Origin: Octopus vulgaris
Lineage: Eukaryota
Assembly (NCBI GenBank): GCA_951406725.2
Contig: OX597838.1
Coordinates: forward strand, 5,518,001 to 5,582,000
Direction: 5' to 3'
DNA length: 64,000 nucleotides
Positions 41,578-56,729 of this stretch are shown one piece after another. Numbering within the stretch: the first letter of the stretch is position 1; every line of letters starts with the position of its first letter. The notes under the pieces were generated by a model that was not told where the DNA came from, made no database searches, and saw nothing but the letters and a program-made list of their open reading frames with translations. A program made the translations under genes and the position numbers.

Positions 41578-42783
41578 CACATATATATATATATGTATAT
41601 ATACATATATGTATATATCTATATATATAACGGTGTATGTGTCAGTGTATGTGTTCGGGTGGGCTTATGATTGGTGCAAATGTGCGTTTGTTAAAGCTTT
41701 GAAAATTATGCAATGGAATATGTATGGACACAATAACAACGTTATTGTGTATGCATATTGTCATTGCGATATGTATACATACACAGTTAAATAAATACAT
41801 GTATTGTTGTATAAAAAATATGTGTAACAATTACTGCGATCAAATTAGGCCACATATTCTAACCTGTACATAATTACCACACACCTGTCTTTCATGTAAG
41901 AAAACCTATATACAACTGTTCAAATTTTATATTACCCCATTGCCTTGGATATCTTAATGTAGTACTGAGCTCATATTATTTAGATTCATTAATTTTACGT
42001 GCAACATATTTAGGAATATAAATGATTCCTATCAAATAATCAAAATTGAGCGACCCTTTATGCTTACGTTATCATGGAGGCAAAATGAAAACAACACGAA
42101 TTACTGGGTGATGTTGTCTTAGATTTACTTTGCTAAGGAAGGAGTAAGGATGGCCATGAACGGAATGCAGTCGATTATTGTAAATTAAATATTCGTAAAG
42201 AATTCACGCTCCTTATACAAACTTAGAAAATTAGTAAATCTAACACACACATGAAGATGAATATATACAAACATCCATCTATACATCCTGTCATCTATAC
42301 ATATATACACAATTTCATATAATCAATTCTTTGAGAACAATAATAATTTGTACAAGTTTCATGGCGTATCGTCTTCACTTTGAAATTTACACATGTTAAT
42401 ATGCAACTGTTGAAGACAATACGGCTCAGAACTAGAAAGATAAAGTACTTTCTCCCTTGAGAATAATCTCATATATTCAAATATATCATATATTGAAATA
42501 CAGTGAGATATATTTAAATATATTTAGCTATGTAGCCCAGCACATTCTATCTGATATTCCTTCGCTAACGAGAGCACGTCGTCCATTCTGATGATATAGG
42601 TGATAACTGGTTGTCATAATTTATATTAGAATCTTTAATACACTACTCTGTTCAACAAAATAAACTCACAAACACACACAAACATAGAACACGCACACCC
42701 TTACATTAACAAACACACACTCACAGAAACAAAGCGACACACAGGCGCACACACACACCTATCTATCTATTTATCTATCTATT

Positions 42784-42832
<49 letters not shown>

Positions 42833-42874
42833 CTCTATATATATATATACATACATACTTACAGACACACACAC

Positions 42875-42907
<33 letters not shown>

Positions 42908-42921
42908 CATATATATGTATG

Positions 42922-43016
<95 letters not shown>

Positions 43017-43218
43017 TAACATGTTTGCTATGGCCCGCCCCTTTAATGTCACCGTCCTCTAAGGGAAGACGATACTGCCATTTCGACCCAGGAAGACATA
43101 TCTTCCAGCTGGCTTATTTAGTGACCCGATATTTATTGCAAGCGGGAGATAACCTCTGCTAACCTAACTTCAAGACCACCAGACCACGCCTGCCCGTCTG
43201 TCTCTCTGCCAGTCTCCG

Positions 43219-43279
<61 letters not shown>

Positions 43280-43379
43280 CTGTGTGTCCACGTGTCAGTG
43301 TGTGTGTGGGCGTGTGATTATATATGCGAATGTGCGTTTGTGTAAAAGTATGAAAAGTATGGAATGGAGTAAATATGAA

Positions 43380-44700
43380 CACAATAAAAATTTTATGGAG
43401 ACGTATGTGGTTTATGGGAGCAAATTGGTTGGCGTAACACTCCTAAGTAATGGTTACTGGAAACCTATCTATCTGCCCGTGCTCCTAGACATACAATTTC
43501 AAACGGCGCTGTCTGCACTTTGATAGATATATGCGGCGGAATTAATGAGTAACTGCACGTAGAAAATTGCTGGTTTTTAGTGCCATAATGCTCTTCATGC
43601 TGGAAGTGAAAACGTACAAGCGCTTTCAAATAACTGCAGTTGAATTGGTATGTACTAAAACGATCATCACTCGATGTCTGGCAAGTTTTGGCCATATGTG
43701 TCAGCTGTATGGGGCAATTAAACAGGTGAAAGTATGTAGGGTACATTTTCTTAGTTCAGGTTTATGTGGGTAGATTTGTATTTGTTTACATCTTTGAAGT
43801 CCTTTCTTAAAAACCATATTTTCAAAAATATCTTTGTAACATTAGTGCTCGGAGAAATTCCTCTGCTAATACAACTGATGGTATTTTAAAGCATACGATT
43901 CATAACAACGTTTACTTTTAAATGCCGATCAGTTATATGAGTTTATGTTTGGCTTTGCTTTGTAATTTAAGATTAACATACGGCTGTGTGGTAAGTAGCT
44001 TGCTAACCTACGACATGGTTCCGGGTTCGGTCCCGCTGCGTGGCATCTTGGGCAAGTGTCTTCTGCTATAGCCCCGGACCGACCAATGCCTTGTGAGTGG
44101 AATTGCTAGACGGAAACTGAAAGAAGCCCATCATATATATGTATATATATGTATATATGTGTATGTGTGTGTGTTTGTGTGTCTGTGTTTGTCCCCCTAG
44201 CATTGCTTGACAACCGATGCTGGTGTGTTTACGTCCCCGTTACTTAGCGGTTCGGCAAAAGAGACCCATAGAATAAGTACTGGGCTTACAAAGAATAAGT
44301 CCCGGGGTCGATTTGCTCGACTAAAGGCGTTGCTCCAGCATGGCCGCAGTCAAATGACTGAAACAAGTAAAAGAGTAAAAGAGTAAAGAGAGATACAAGA
44401 AGGTCGATATCTTTAGATTAATTTGTATAGCTATATTAGGGGTTAGTCTGATAATAATATATTATGAGGGCTTTGGAAATGCAAGCATTCCCAGTGTTCT
44501 ATAGTGTAATGGGCTGTTAATCTTCTCTATATAATCGTATGTTGGAATTGATGTATCTATAAGTAAATACAACTGTTATTTAAATGATCTGACGAAACTA
44601 ATATTTACAGTTTCATACAACGCCTTCCTACGAATGCCGACTGTGCTCGTTTCCTTTAAATCCATTTTTAACGTGGTTGCGTTTCTATGAAAGTGTACGG
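43380..44700 (-). mobile_element. Possible very old PLE (Penelope/Poseidon-like) relic interrupted by a SINE
   Basis: Read across frameshifts, the order is IEKINSPLH, MNR..FKIPSVVLAEEF..KIF..YGF (thumb-like), KC/PTYFHL, YVFTS, QRRLKLYV*EH (cf. T.R.L..R..EH of GIY-YIG). Confidence 0.35.
43982..44390 (+). mobile_element. SINE family C, best-preserved copy
   Basis: ggctgtgtggtaag head, gggttcggtccc B-box, cttgggcaagtgtctt CORE-like block, internal (TA)/(TG) tract, (gagtaaaa)n tail. Confidence 0.9.
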
Positions 44701-44708
44701 TCCCTTTA

Positions 44709-45214
<506 letters not shown>

Positions 45215-45802
45215 TATATATATATATACTTTTATATATAAAGATATATATATATAATGCTTTCCACATCCATGTCATATCTTGAAAACTTTATAAAATT
45301 GCATTAATTGACTTTTCTATAAGCTGAAAGAGATTTATCTTTGATTTTACGACATTTCTTTGGCTGGTTACCTATCTTTATCTTAACTGGATATTTTAGT
45401 CTACCTATGTAGTTGGTTGCGTTAACATTAGGCGTGAAGTAGCTCTCATGCTAAAGATTTAAATTATGCTCTGTCATCTAATCTAATTCAACTTAACGAA
45501 CTTTGGCTGTGGCCTCGGTGTCCTTACTGCTGTATACGTATTTGGTGGTCATTTTAAGAACATTCTGACGTTTGAGATAATCAACAGTTTCTATTTGTTA
45601 TTAGCTAGTCCAAACAAGTTGCTTGTCTTCACAGAAAATATAAAGGTAAAAGTACCGTTTGTAAATACTTAGAGGTCGAAGAGAAATTCTTTCTGATATT
45701 TGTTCAGGCACTTATGTATAGCCTCACATATAAATGCTAATGTATGCTTACGTTTGTATGTATATATTGACCATTGCACCTTGAAAGTTACCCTCCCAGG
45801 CA

Positions 45803-46044
45803 CAGTCGCCCATGCATACCGGCCTCCCCTCTCCACGCCACCAGTGTTATCCAAGGGAAAGGCAAAGGGGTCGATACAGCTTGGCACCTGTGACGTCGCA
45901 ACTCATTTCTACAGCTGAGTGAACTGGAGCAATGTGAAATAAAGTGTGTTGCTCAAGAACACAACACGCATCACGGTCCGTGATTCGAGCTCACTACCTC
46001 ACGATCGTAAGCTCGACGCTCTAACCACTGAGCCATGCGCCTTC
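45803..46044 (-). mobile_element. SINE family D (tRNA-derived, CORE/V-like body)
   Basis: Minus strand ggcgcaTGGCTCAGTGGTTAGagcg..gagctcgaatc (A and B boxes), then gtgttcttgagcaacacactttatttcacattgctccag. Confidence 0.75.
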
Positions 46045-46057
46045 ACACACACACACG

Positions 46058-46125
<68 letters not shown>

Positions 46126-46388
46126 GATAGATAGATAGATAGATAGATATATAGATAGATAGATAGAAAGAGTGATAGATGCAGAGGTAGAGAAGGAAGG
46201 AAGTAAAAAATAAACTAAATCAAATATATGAATCTATAATACTTCTGTATACATAGGCTTTCTCAATGTACACACGGCTTATATTTTATGCTTCTATTGA
46301 TAAATTCTTCAATGTATTTGCCCCTTCACTGAATTTCCCTTTCTCTCTCTCTCTCTCTTGTCCTCTCTCTCACACTGGCTACTATATG

Positions 46389-46419
<31 letters not shown>

Positions 46420-47308
46420 TTGTGTGGTGGGGTGTACAACGCATTCATCCATTAATACACGAAGAGAGTAATGAAGAAAAAATTAAGTAAATTTAATAAT
46501 ATATGAAAACGGGAAATCAAACTCTTTAAATTTGATTATGTAAATCCGATATACTTGCATCTTATAACATTTGCTAAAGCTCTCAAGTAAAGGAAACTAT
46601 TGAAATCAAGTAGCACCCTATTGAATTCCTATTTTTACATTTCCTGGATTAAAAGATCCCTTTACGAACATTTTTATTCATTGAAATTGTATTTATTGTA
46701 AACTGAAATTTAATAATTAAATGAAGGGAGAAAATAAAGAATTTAAATAGTTCACTTTGTTGATATTTTCATTAGATATAAAGATCTGTTTCAACAGAGA
46801 GGATTGCAATACACTTGTCATTCGTTATTCTTCAAAAATTCTCAAATTTCGTAGCTTTGTTTTATGTTTATATTTAAAGAAATAAATATCTGTGTACATT
46901 TCTGTTAAATATAACTTCCATTGAGCAATGTGTGTAAATGTTTCATCAAGTCGTTATTGAATGTCTTATTCTTATTTATTTAATTTTTAATATTCATTTT
47001 CTCAACTGCCTGGATGGAGTAGTCGCAGGATCAAAGACGAAGGAGTCCGTTTTTAATCAGGTAATCACTATATATGCCGGGCTTCACGTATCAGGTTATC
47101 TCCAAGTTACTGTATGCTAAATGAAAATATAGCTAGTGTTTCTGGATGATCGACAACTATGAAAGCGCTCCACCGATTCCCCAGAGTGTCTTTATACCTG
47201 TTTACTTTCTAAGTATCTCCGTAAAAGTTTAACTGCATTCCTGAAATAAAGCAAGTTTTATAGTTTTTAACTTTCTGAGAAATCCCATGTGTTCGTCATA
47301 CTTTAATA

Positions 47309-48556
47309 CAGGGTGAGTACGATATTTGAGGACAGGTTTATGTTTATGAAAAACAGATATATGCTAACAGATAATAACTTTATTTATCAAGAAAATGCTA
47401 TGAGGATAAAAATAAACCTTCTCTATAATGTTATTCAATAAAGCCATCTTCAGCTTCAACAACCGCTTCTATATGAGATCTAAATCATCTACAAGCTCGA
47501 ATCTAGTGGTATTGGTCCATTTTGGACATTACTCTGACTATAGCAGCTTCCAAAGAATGTTTAGTGTTCATTGGCCTTTCTCTGAAAAACGCTCCACATG
47601 TTATAGTATGATGGATTGAGATCTGGGGAATTAGGAGGCCAAATGTTAGGGGTTGTTTGATCATGAACATTTTTAAACACCCATTCTTGTGTTACTAGAG
47701 CAATGTGGGAAAGTACAGAGTCTAACTGAAACACACATGACTTTCCATTGCATACACTGTCTATCCAGGGCTTAACAATTATTTCCAGGATCTCAATGTA
47801 GGCGGCAGAGTTAACTATAAGGCCTTGTGGAGTGATGTAAAGAGGGATCACATGTCCTTCATTGCTGACAACCATTAAACCCCGACAGTTACAGGAAATC
47901 TTGTATGCATAACACGTAGAACTGCAGAAGGGTTTGCACATGACCATCTGTCATTTCTTCCGTTAACTTTTTGATCATGGTCAAAGATTTTTGTCGTTTG
48001 AGAAAAAACAAATCAAATCTTCTGCTGGATTTTTCAGTTTGTTTAAGAGCCTTTTAGACTTGATGTAGTGATTTACTTTTGGTTTTACTGACAAATTGAG
48101 CTTTCCTCATCATATAAGACTTTTATCTGATGTTTTCGTGGACAACATTTCTGACTGTTCCTTCTGCCACATGGAGATCTTTTGAAATTGAACTAATGAA
48201 ATTTCTGTGACTGTAATCAATGGTCTATTGATCATACAGGATACATGAAAGTGTTCTGATGATTTCAGAGAGTGTAGAATGCTTTCCGTGCTTTCATATT
48301 GCTGATATATTTCCATCTTTAGCCCCTAGCTCCTTACGAACTTTGTAGACGAAAGATCTGGCAACTTTAAAAAAATCGAGATATTTCTAAATCGCTATGC
48401 CCAGCCTTTATAGCCACAATATCAGCATGCCTCCTCACTTCTTGAGTTAGCTGAGGGTCTGCCATCACTATTTTCCGAAACAAAGATTATACAGAGTAAG
48501 CAAAATATGCAGCAGTGACTCGAGAAGGTATGTCCTGAAATACCTTACGCACCTTG
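47309..48556 (-). mobile_element. Full-length Tc1/mariner transposon, DD37D (maT-type), inactive
   Basis: 26-bp imperfect TIRs (cagggtgagtacgatatttgaggaca vs caaggtgcgtaaggtatttcaggaca, 21/26 identical); TA at 47307-47308 and 48557-48558; 1248 bp. Confidence 0.92.
47431..48465 (-). pseudogene. Transposase pseudogene
   Basis: Starts MADPQLTQEVRRHADIVAIKAGHSDLEISRFFKVARSFVYKVRKEL (HTH), then FFSNDK..DQKVNGRNDRW and VFQLDS..WPPNSPDLNPSY. There are 37 residues between the second D and the third catalytic position (now Y). Frameshifted. Confidence 0.9.
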
Positions 48557-49412
48557 TAGTAAGCACAGAATAGGTACTACAATAGAAGGTCGTCAGAAAA
48601 CCTCTAGAGTAGTAAGTCTCAACTGGAATCATATCACCCTAGGAGTCCATATGCCTAAAATGACTGAGGATCACTGTTCAAGAGGGAAGATACGGGATAA
48701 GGTATGAGTGAGATTAAGGCATAGAGAACTAAAGCCACTATCTTCAAAGATATTAGGGCTGTGACGTGCAATTTTTGCATAGTGATCGTTCTTAATGATC
48801 CGTCATACTCCACAATAACACACTTTTCTAGGACATCTATAACTCCTGTTTATGACACACCATACCGCCTGCACCTATTCATGATGCATATAATTAGTTG
48901 ACCGATATTTAAATACAGTAAAGCATAAAGTTATGAAATCAGTTTTGTATACGGATTTTAAAAGTGTTTTGAAACTGAAGTTGGGGATTATTTTCTGTTT
49001 TATATTTGAAAAGGTGACCTTTCCCGAAATATTGTTTGAAATGAAATAATATTTGGTTTCGATTTGATTTTCATCTTACATATATCATTTGATTCTTTTG
49101 TTTCCAGTAAGAAAGGAGGCGTCACAGTTACTCAAAGATCGGGAAATTGTGTTTCTTTAATATGTATCTTCTTGACATTTGCAGTAAAGAGGGAATTCTT
49201 GAAGGATGACATTTAGAGAAGGATAGATTGAGATAAACCATTGGAACGGGGGTTAGAATCAACTTTATCATTATAATGGCATCAGGGAAAAACAGATGAG
49301 TGAGAGGCGTCGGTCTGTACGGCAATAGTGTTGTACAAGCGAGGGCAGCAGAAAGACAACAATAAAGAAAAACAGAAGAAGTTAAAAGAACAAATACAAG
49401 TTGTATAATAAC

Positions 49413-49451
<39 letters not shown>

Positions 49452-49464
49452 AATATTCCTTGTG

Positions 49465-49641
49465 TTGTATATCTTGTACTCTGTTTTTTCGCCGTTTGAA
49501 AACAGTTCGTTTCCATATTTTTGTTTTATGTTTTCGTTTTTGGGTGTTCTGTACCCATATATGTATGTATATATACATATAGATGTAAGTATGTACATAT
49601 ATGTATGTGTATATGCATATATTTATATACTATTTATGTTA

Positions 49642-49695
<54 letters not shown>

Positions 49696-49867
49696 TTGTA
49701 TGTCTTGTACTCTGTTTTTTCGCCGTTTGAAAACAGTTCGTTTCCATATTTTTGTTTTATGTTTTCGTTTTTTGGGTGTTCTGTACCCATATATGTATAT
49801 ATATACATATAGATGTATATGTACATATATGTATGTGTATATGCATATATTTATACTATTTATGTTA

Positions 49868-49920
<53 letters not shown>
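49465..49920. repeat. Near-identical tandem duplication, period about 231 bp, each unit ending in (TA)n
   Basis: tcttgtactctgttttttcgccgtttgaaaacagttcgtttccatatttttg..gggtgttctgtacccata..tatactatttatgttagtaca(TA)n appears twice. Confidence 0.95.
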
Positions 49921-49926
<6 letters not shown>

Positions 49927-50034
49927 TACATGCATAAATAGATTCATACATGTACATGATATGGATAATGCATACATATATATGTGGTCTATATATATAT
50001 ATATATATAATGTCGATATATATATATCTATCTA

Positions 50035-50087
<53 letters not shown>

Positions 50088-50467
50088 GCATACATTATTA
50101 TATATGTGTATATGTATATATGCATATATGTGTGTATACACAAGATGTTGCATCGATATAAATTCAGTCTGGGGGATAAAGGGAAATATTTATATAAAAA
50201 AAATATGAATGATAGGAAAGCGCTTCTGACATTTTACACGTGTAGAGTCTTTATAATAGCAATTTTTTCTGGTTTATGCTTACTGCGTTGTTGCTTCAAT
50301 GGGAAAGCTGTATCGCTTCTCTGCGAAACATCGTCTCATGTTTTATGCGTGAGCAGATACAGAAATGCGCATGGACATATGCAGACGAGCGAGCGTTCGC
50401 ACACACATATACATACACAAACAAACATACAGAGACTCAGACACACATAGACACACACACATCTCTG

Positions 50468-50514
<47 letters not shown>

Positions 50515-50863
50515 TTCGATGTGTGTATGTGTCAACAAATGAATAATACATACATCTCACTAAGTGAAAGCCAACATTGAATATGAGCCTTCTGTTCTGA
50601 CATGTACTAAACCTGGCAAATCCCTAAAGACGTTGATGTGAATTTATGACAGAACAAAACCTTTATAATCCTTTCGTCGATTCTTTTCCATTGAATCATA
50701 CGTAATATTAGCGGCGGCTTAAGCGAACACATAACATTATTAACGGAAATTCACTTGCTGTGGAATCTATCCAATAAACAGTGTAACCTATGCGGTAACG
50801 AGGTGAAACAAGCTACGTCCACACATGTACATACATATATGAGAAACATAACTATATATATAC

Positions 50864-50937
<74 letters not shown>

Positions 50938-50970
50938 TATATATGTATATAGATATATATATGAATATAC

Positions 50971-51044
<74 letters not shown>

Positions 51045-51817
51045 TTTAATATATATACAAATGTGTATATATACATATATACAAATATATATGTATGTGT
51101 ATATATATACATATGCATATATTTTTAGATATATATATATACATATGTAAATATATATTTATCCATATATATACCGTACATACATATGTACATATATATA
51201 TATACATATATATATATATATGTAGATATATATGCACAATCACTTTCGTGTATGCGTATATATATATATATGCACACACACGCAGAAACATACACACACT
51301 CTCTACCACACACACACACAAACACACACATATAAATATATATACATGTGAGTGATTCGGTCATTTGCATGCTGGTTTGTAGTTTTGCTTTGTTACGTTT
51401 AAATCGTTTGCATTCCGTGTGTGTGTTTAGGAATAAATTTCGATAAATATTTTATTCGTTCTAATACATATTTATTATCGGAATCTATTGCACCGTTTCT
51501 CACAAGAATCCCTTGTTATTCATGACAGCAATATAGGATTAGAATGAGTACAGGAAAGGCTTACTAAATAGGAAAGTGCACGGAAACGATGAGAACTTGT
51601 TTCCAATGTGTACACACTCTCGTATATTTAGAGACACATTTAAAGATAAATAACGCTGCAACCATTGACGTGAATACGCTTCTGCATCCATTGATGCAGT
51701 CATCCTCGAATTCATACATACATATATATAAGTATCTATATATATGTATATATATATATATTTATATGTATTTAATATATTTATATAAATATATATATAT
51801 ACATATATATATATATG

Positions 51818-51864
<47 letters not shown>

Positions 51865-51893
51865 AGTCAGATAGATAGATTCATGCATGTATA

Positions 51894-51946
<53 letters not shown>

Positions 51947-52035
51947 GTGTGTGTATTTGTTAATATTTCCATGTATATATATGTACATATATGCCTATAA
52001 ATATATATCCATATATACACAAATATATTCATACA

Positions 52036-52104
<69 letters not shown>

Positions 52105-52189
52105 CATATCTCTTTGCATATATGTATATATAAATATATATATATATATATATGTGTGTGTGTATGTATGTATATTATGTACCTTCTTG

Positions 52190-52350
52190 TTGGGTTATAA
52201 ATTTTCTCCCTCTCTCTGTCTCTGTTCCTGTCTATCTGTCTGTCTCTCTCCCCCGCTCGTTTTTATGACATCCCCATTCTTCCAGAGTGTCAAACCAATA
52301 CCCTAGTTTGTTGTACCCTCGACTGCCTTCATTTGTTATATATAAATGTA
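52190..52350 (+). mobile_element. Very degenerate family H1-like pseudo-LTR fragment
   Basis: ttccagagtgtcaaaccaatac..gtttgttgt resembles ttcccgagcgttaaactgatgt..gtttgttgt at 7489-7525. Confidence 0.35.
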
Positions 52351-52375
52351 ACCTCTCTCTCTCTCTCTGTGCTTG

Positions 52376-52420
<45 letters not shown>

Positions 52421-52987
52421 AATGGTGTATATGTGTGTGTGCGTGTGTTTATTGTTTAATTCGTATCAGATCAAACTTATATACATTGAAAGAGATTTTA
52501 TGGTTACGCCATTCCGGTGGGTATAAATACCTCTAATACAGCGGCCAATCACAGCGTGTTTACAATCAATGTATATCTGTATATCTCAAATGGCATCTCG
52601 CTCCTACAAGTGCTGCGTTATGCATTGTACAAATATCAACTGCTGTCGAGCATGCATGCAAAAGAGCTACTTATCAAGTCAATTAATTCGGACGTATCTG
52701 ACTCTACTGGCATAAATTGTTGTCATGTGTAGAATTTTTCTTACTCAGCCACTGCGAAGAGAAATCCTTTTAATAATTGCGAGGTTGAGGAACTTTGATA
52801 TCGCAGGCGATTTTCTGGTGTTTCCTTCGAAATAGCGCGAGGAATACAATTACGTAATATAGACATTTAACATACCTTCATAAACCCATTTTTGTTGGCT
52901 TTACTCAAGCACATAGGAAAGTATCTATGCGTTTGTGTGTATGCATATACAATCATATATCATTATATATATATATATGTATATATA

Positions 52988-53030
<43 letters not shown>

Positions 53031-53042
53031 ACATATGTATAT

Positions 53043-53092
<50 letters not shown>

Positions 53093-53099
53093 TTACATA

Positions 53100-53147
<48 letters not shown>

Positions 53148-53236
53148 GAGTGCTCTCATAATATATAATACCTGTACATCATCTCTAGTGGAGTTGTCAG
53201 ATTGACCTTTTGCAGGGATTTAAGGTGAAGTTGTAT

Positions 53237-53330
<94 letters not shown>

Positions 53331-53349
53331 GTATATAAATATATATATA

Positions 53350-53422
<73 letters not shown>

Positions 53423-53450
53423 TGTTGGGGAGCACTGACTCAATCTTATG

Positions 53451-53665
53451 AAGGTGGCTAGCAAGGGTATTTGTTAACATGTCGGGAAAAAAAGCTTAGC
53501 GCCATTTCGCCCGTCTTTACACTCCGATTTCAAATTCTGTTACGGTTAGCTTTGCCATTCATCCGTTCGGAGTCGATAAAATAAGTACCAGATGAACACT
53601 GGAGTAAATTTAATCGACATACCTTTTCCCCCGTACCTACTCGCATTGTGTCAAAATTTGAAACT
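53451..53665 (+). mobile_element. SINE family B, degenerate
   Basis: gcttagcgccatttcg..ttcaaattc..ctttgccattcatccgttcggagtcgataaaataagtacc. Confidence 0.75.
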
Positions 53666-53831
53666 AATAACCCTACATAAATCACTAAATAGTGGTGGTT
53701 GTAGCCATAACATCGTACAACTCATAGCTAGACAGCACACATGTATAAAGTGTTTCGCTACAGTTTAATTTGGTCATTTGTGAAAGACGGTCTCAAAAAC
53801 CCTAACCAATTGAAACTGTGGGGAATCGCTT

Positions 53832-53873
<42 letters not shown>

Positions 53874-54631
53874 TGTGTGTGCGTTCTGTAGCAATGAGCA
53901 GTACGATGTCAGTGACTATAACCATTACTAGTTACAGTTATAAGCGCTGGGATCGAACGGAGACACACAAGTGTTTAATAATATTTCACACGTTCTTCTG
54001 AGTATGTATTTTGAATACGTGACAGCCAAGTCGGCACCCAACACATGCTAATTCTACATGATCGCTGATTAAAAAATCACTTGAGTGCACAGTCTATAAT
54101 TTCTCATCCCAAGCAGCATATAAGTTTTACAAAAAAGCAAATGAAAATCACGATAAGAATCATAATTATGTTGCCCACCGTTGCTGTAAAATTCCTATAA
54201 TTGTACAAGAAAGTGGTATATGTTTTCTCAAACGGAATTTGGTTTTATGCCGAATGAGGAATTATGTAATTATCATCGCTTAACTTACGCTATTTTGAAT
54301 CCTTTGCTATTCATGTGGAATATTTAAAAGCCAAACTTTTATCTGACTTAATGCAATAAAATTTATTAACCATAACAATTTTGTAGCGGAGGGTAAAATG
54401 TAATATTGAAAATTCTCATATTCTTTCTTTTCTTAAAATCACGATGTACTTGCTGTTTGGATAGCATGAAAAACGAAGAATTGTTGTTTCTACATTTGTG
54501 TGTGTCTTGTTGAGAATTTTGTGTTCCTATATATTGATTCTTTTATTTCATACTTGTATTCAGAATATAAACACACACAAACACTCACATATATACACAC
54601 CTCACACGCACACTACACATATTTCTTTCTG

Positions 54632-54682
<51 letters not shown>

Positions 54683-54756
54683 ATATCTATCTATCTCTCT
54701 TTATATATCTATCTACCTATCTCTCTCTCTCTATGTATCTATCTATCTATCTATCC

Positions 54757-54812
<56 letters not shown>

Positions 54813-54816
54813 CTCT

Positions 54817-54885
<69 letters not shown>

Positions 54886-54886
54886 C

Positions 54887-54934
<48 letters not shown>

Positions 54935-54973
54935 CTCTTTATCTATCTATCTACCTATATCTCTCTCTCTATG

Positions 54974-55062
<89 letters not shown>

Positions 55063-55079
55063 CTATATATATATATATC
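54632..55079. repeat. (TCTA)n array with a higher-order duplication of about 237 bp
   Basis: ctctttat..ctacctat.tctctctctctatgtatc recurs at about 54697 and 54934; ctatccatc recurs at about 54751 and 54881. Confidence 0.9.
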
Positions 55080-56411
55080 TTCATCTGTAATTGCAAAGTT
55101 AATTATATAATTTATCGGGAAAATAACGAGATGATAATCTTGAAGTTGAACAGGAAATAAATCCATGCATTCTCATGCAGATGCTATATATTCGGCACAA
55201 TTAGAAACGCATAAATCACACATAGGATGTACTCCTTGAATTTAATGTATTCTAGTCAGAGATGGGTTGAAAACGCCATTATAAATTTCACACACAAGGA
55301 CAATATGTATAAACCGAAAGCACAAGCTAGCAGTCAAAATGCAATAATAGTATAACAGAATTAAACCGATTTTTGTCAACATGAAGCCACAAAGTTGCAC
55401 ACCAGAGAACATACTTTGGATGTTAAATTTAACAAATAAGCTTCGATGCAAATCGGAAAATTTGTAAAATTTCATAACCCGAACGTTTACATTGGATACA
55501 CTCTGCGACATTTTCCCATCGATTGCAATGGATTTACAGCAAGATCCCATGCATGAGCTTGTAATACCCTATAGGGAATATAGTTAAATGAAAACTTTGA
55601 TTGGCACCAAGGGTTTCAAATATCGAACTACATAATACAAAATGAAGGGTAACGTTATAATATTTATTAATAGAAAAAGAAAACAAAAATAATTCCAGAT
55701 ACGACATCTATACATGAAGCCGTGAAATCTACCAGAATATTACAATTAATTGATTAATCAAATAATTAATTAATTAATTATTAGTCAATGTTCTGTCCAG
55801 CCTCGTTGATGTATGTGCTATAGCTGATCCATATCTAAATACGGCAGAGAGTGAGAAAAGTTGCATTGACTTGCATTTTGATGAGAAGAGAAGAGCCTGA
55901 AACCTTAACAGATTTATAAAGCGTATGCTAAACAGAACGGAATTACGAACAAAATGCCTCAATAAATCGCCTACATTCCCACGTAGTGTAACTTGTGTTA
56001 TATGTTCGCATGAAAACCTGGCAGGTATATACAAGAAAAAACACTGAAGTGTGTAAAATTGAATATATGTGTAGAAAGACATATTTGTAAGTGTTCTTAC
56101 TAAAGTGAAACCGCGATGGAAAAGAACAGAACAATTTGGATGCAGATTCGTTATAACAAACAAAACATATTGTAACACGAATGCATTTCTGCAGAAGATA
56201 TAGACGTCCATGCAGGGAAAACACTCAATTTAGCTAATACTCAACGAATGGAGGACACAGTTGGTCTCAGTTTCTAATGAGTAGGAACACATAACGCAAA
56301 GCATTTTATGTGAGACTCTAACGATTCTATTCACTCACCAACACCTGTGAATATATACTAAAATCATACATGAACACCTCTTTCTAACTCTCTTTCTCTC
56401 CCCCTCACTAT

Positions 56412-56442
<31 letters not shown>

Positions 56443-56492
56443 ATTCTTTCTATCTGCCTATCTATCTATCTAACTATCTACCTATCTATCTT

Positions 56493-56573
<81 letters not shown>

Positions 56574-56587
56574 ATATATATATCTTT

Positions 56588-56621
<34 letters not shown>

Positions 56622-56660
56622 CTACCTATATATCTATATAACTAACTACCAAACTAACTA

Positions 56661-56729
<69 letters not shown>

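Noticed and set aside
49130-49415. Second L1/Tx1 3' relic
   Set aside because: Similarity limited to a few residues; cannot be supported by eye.
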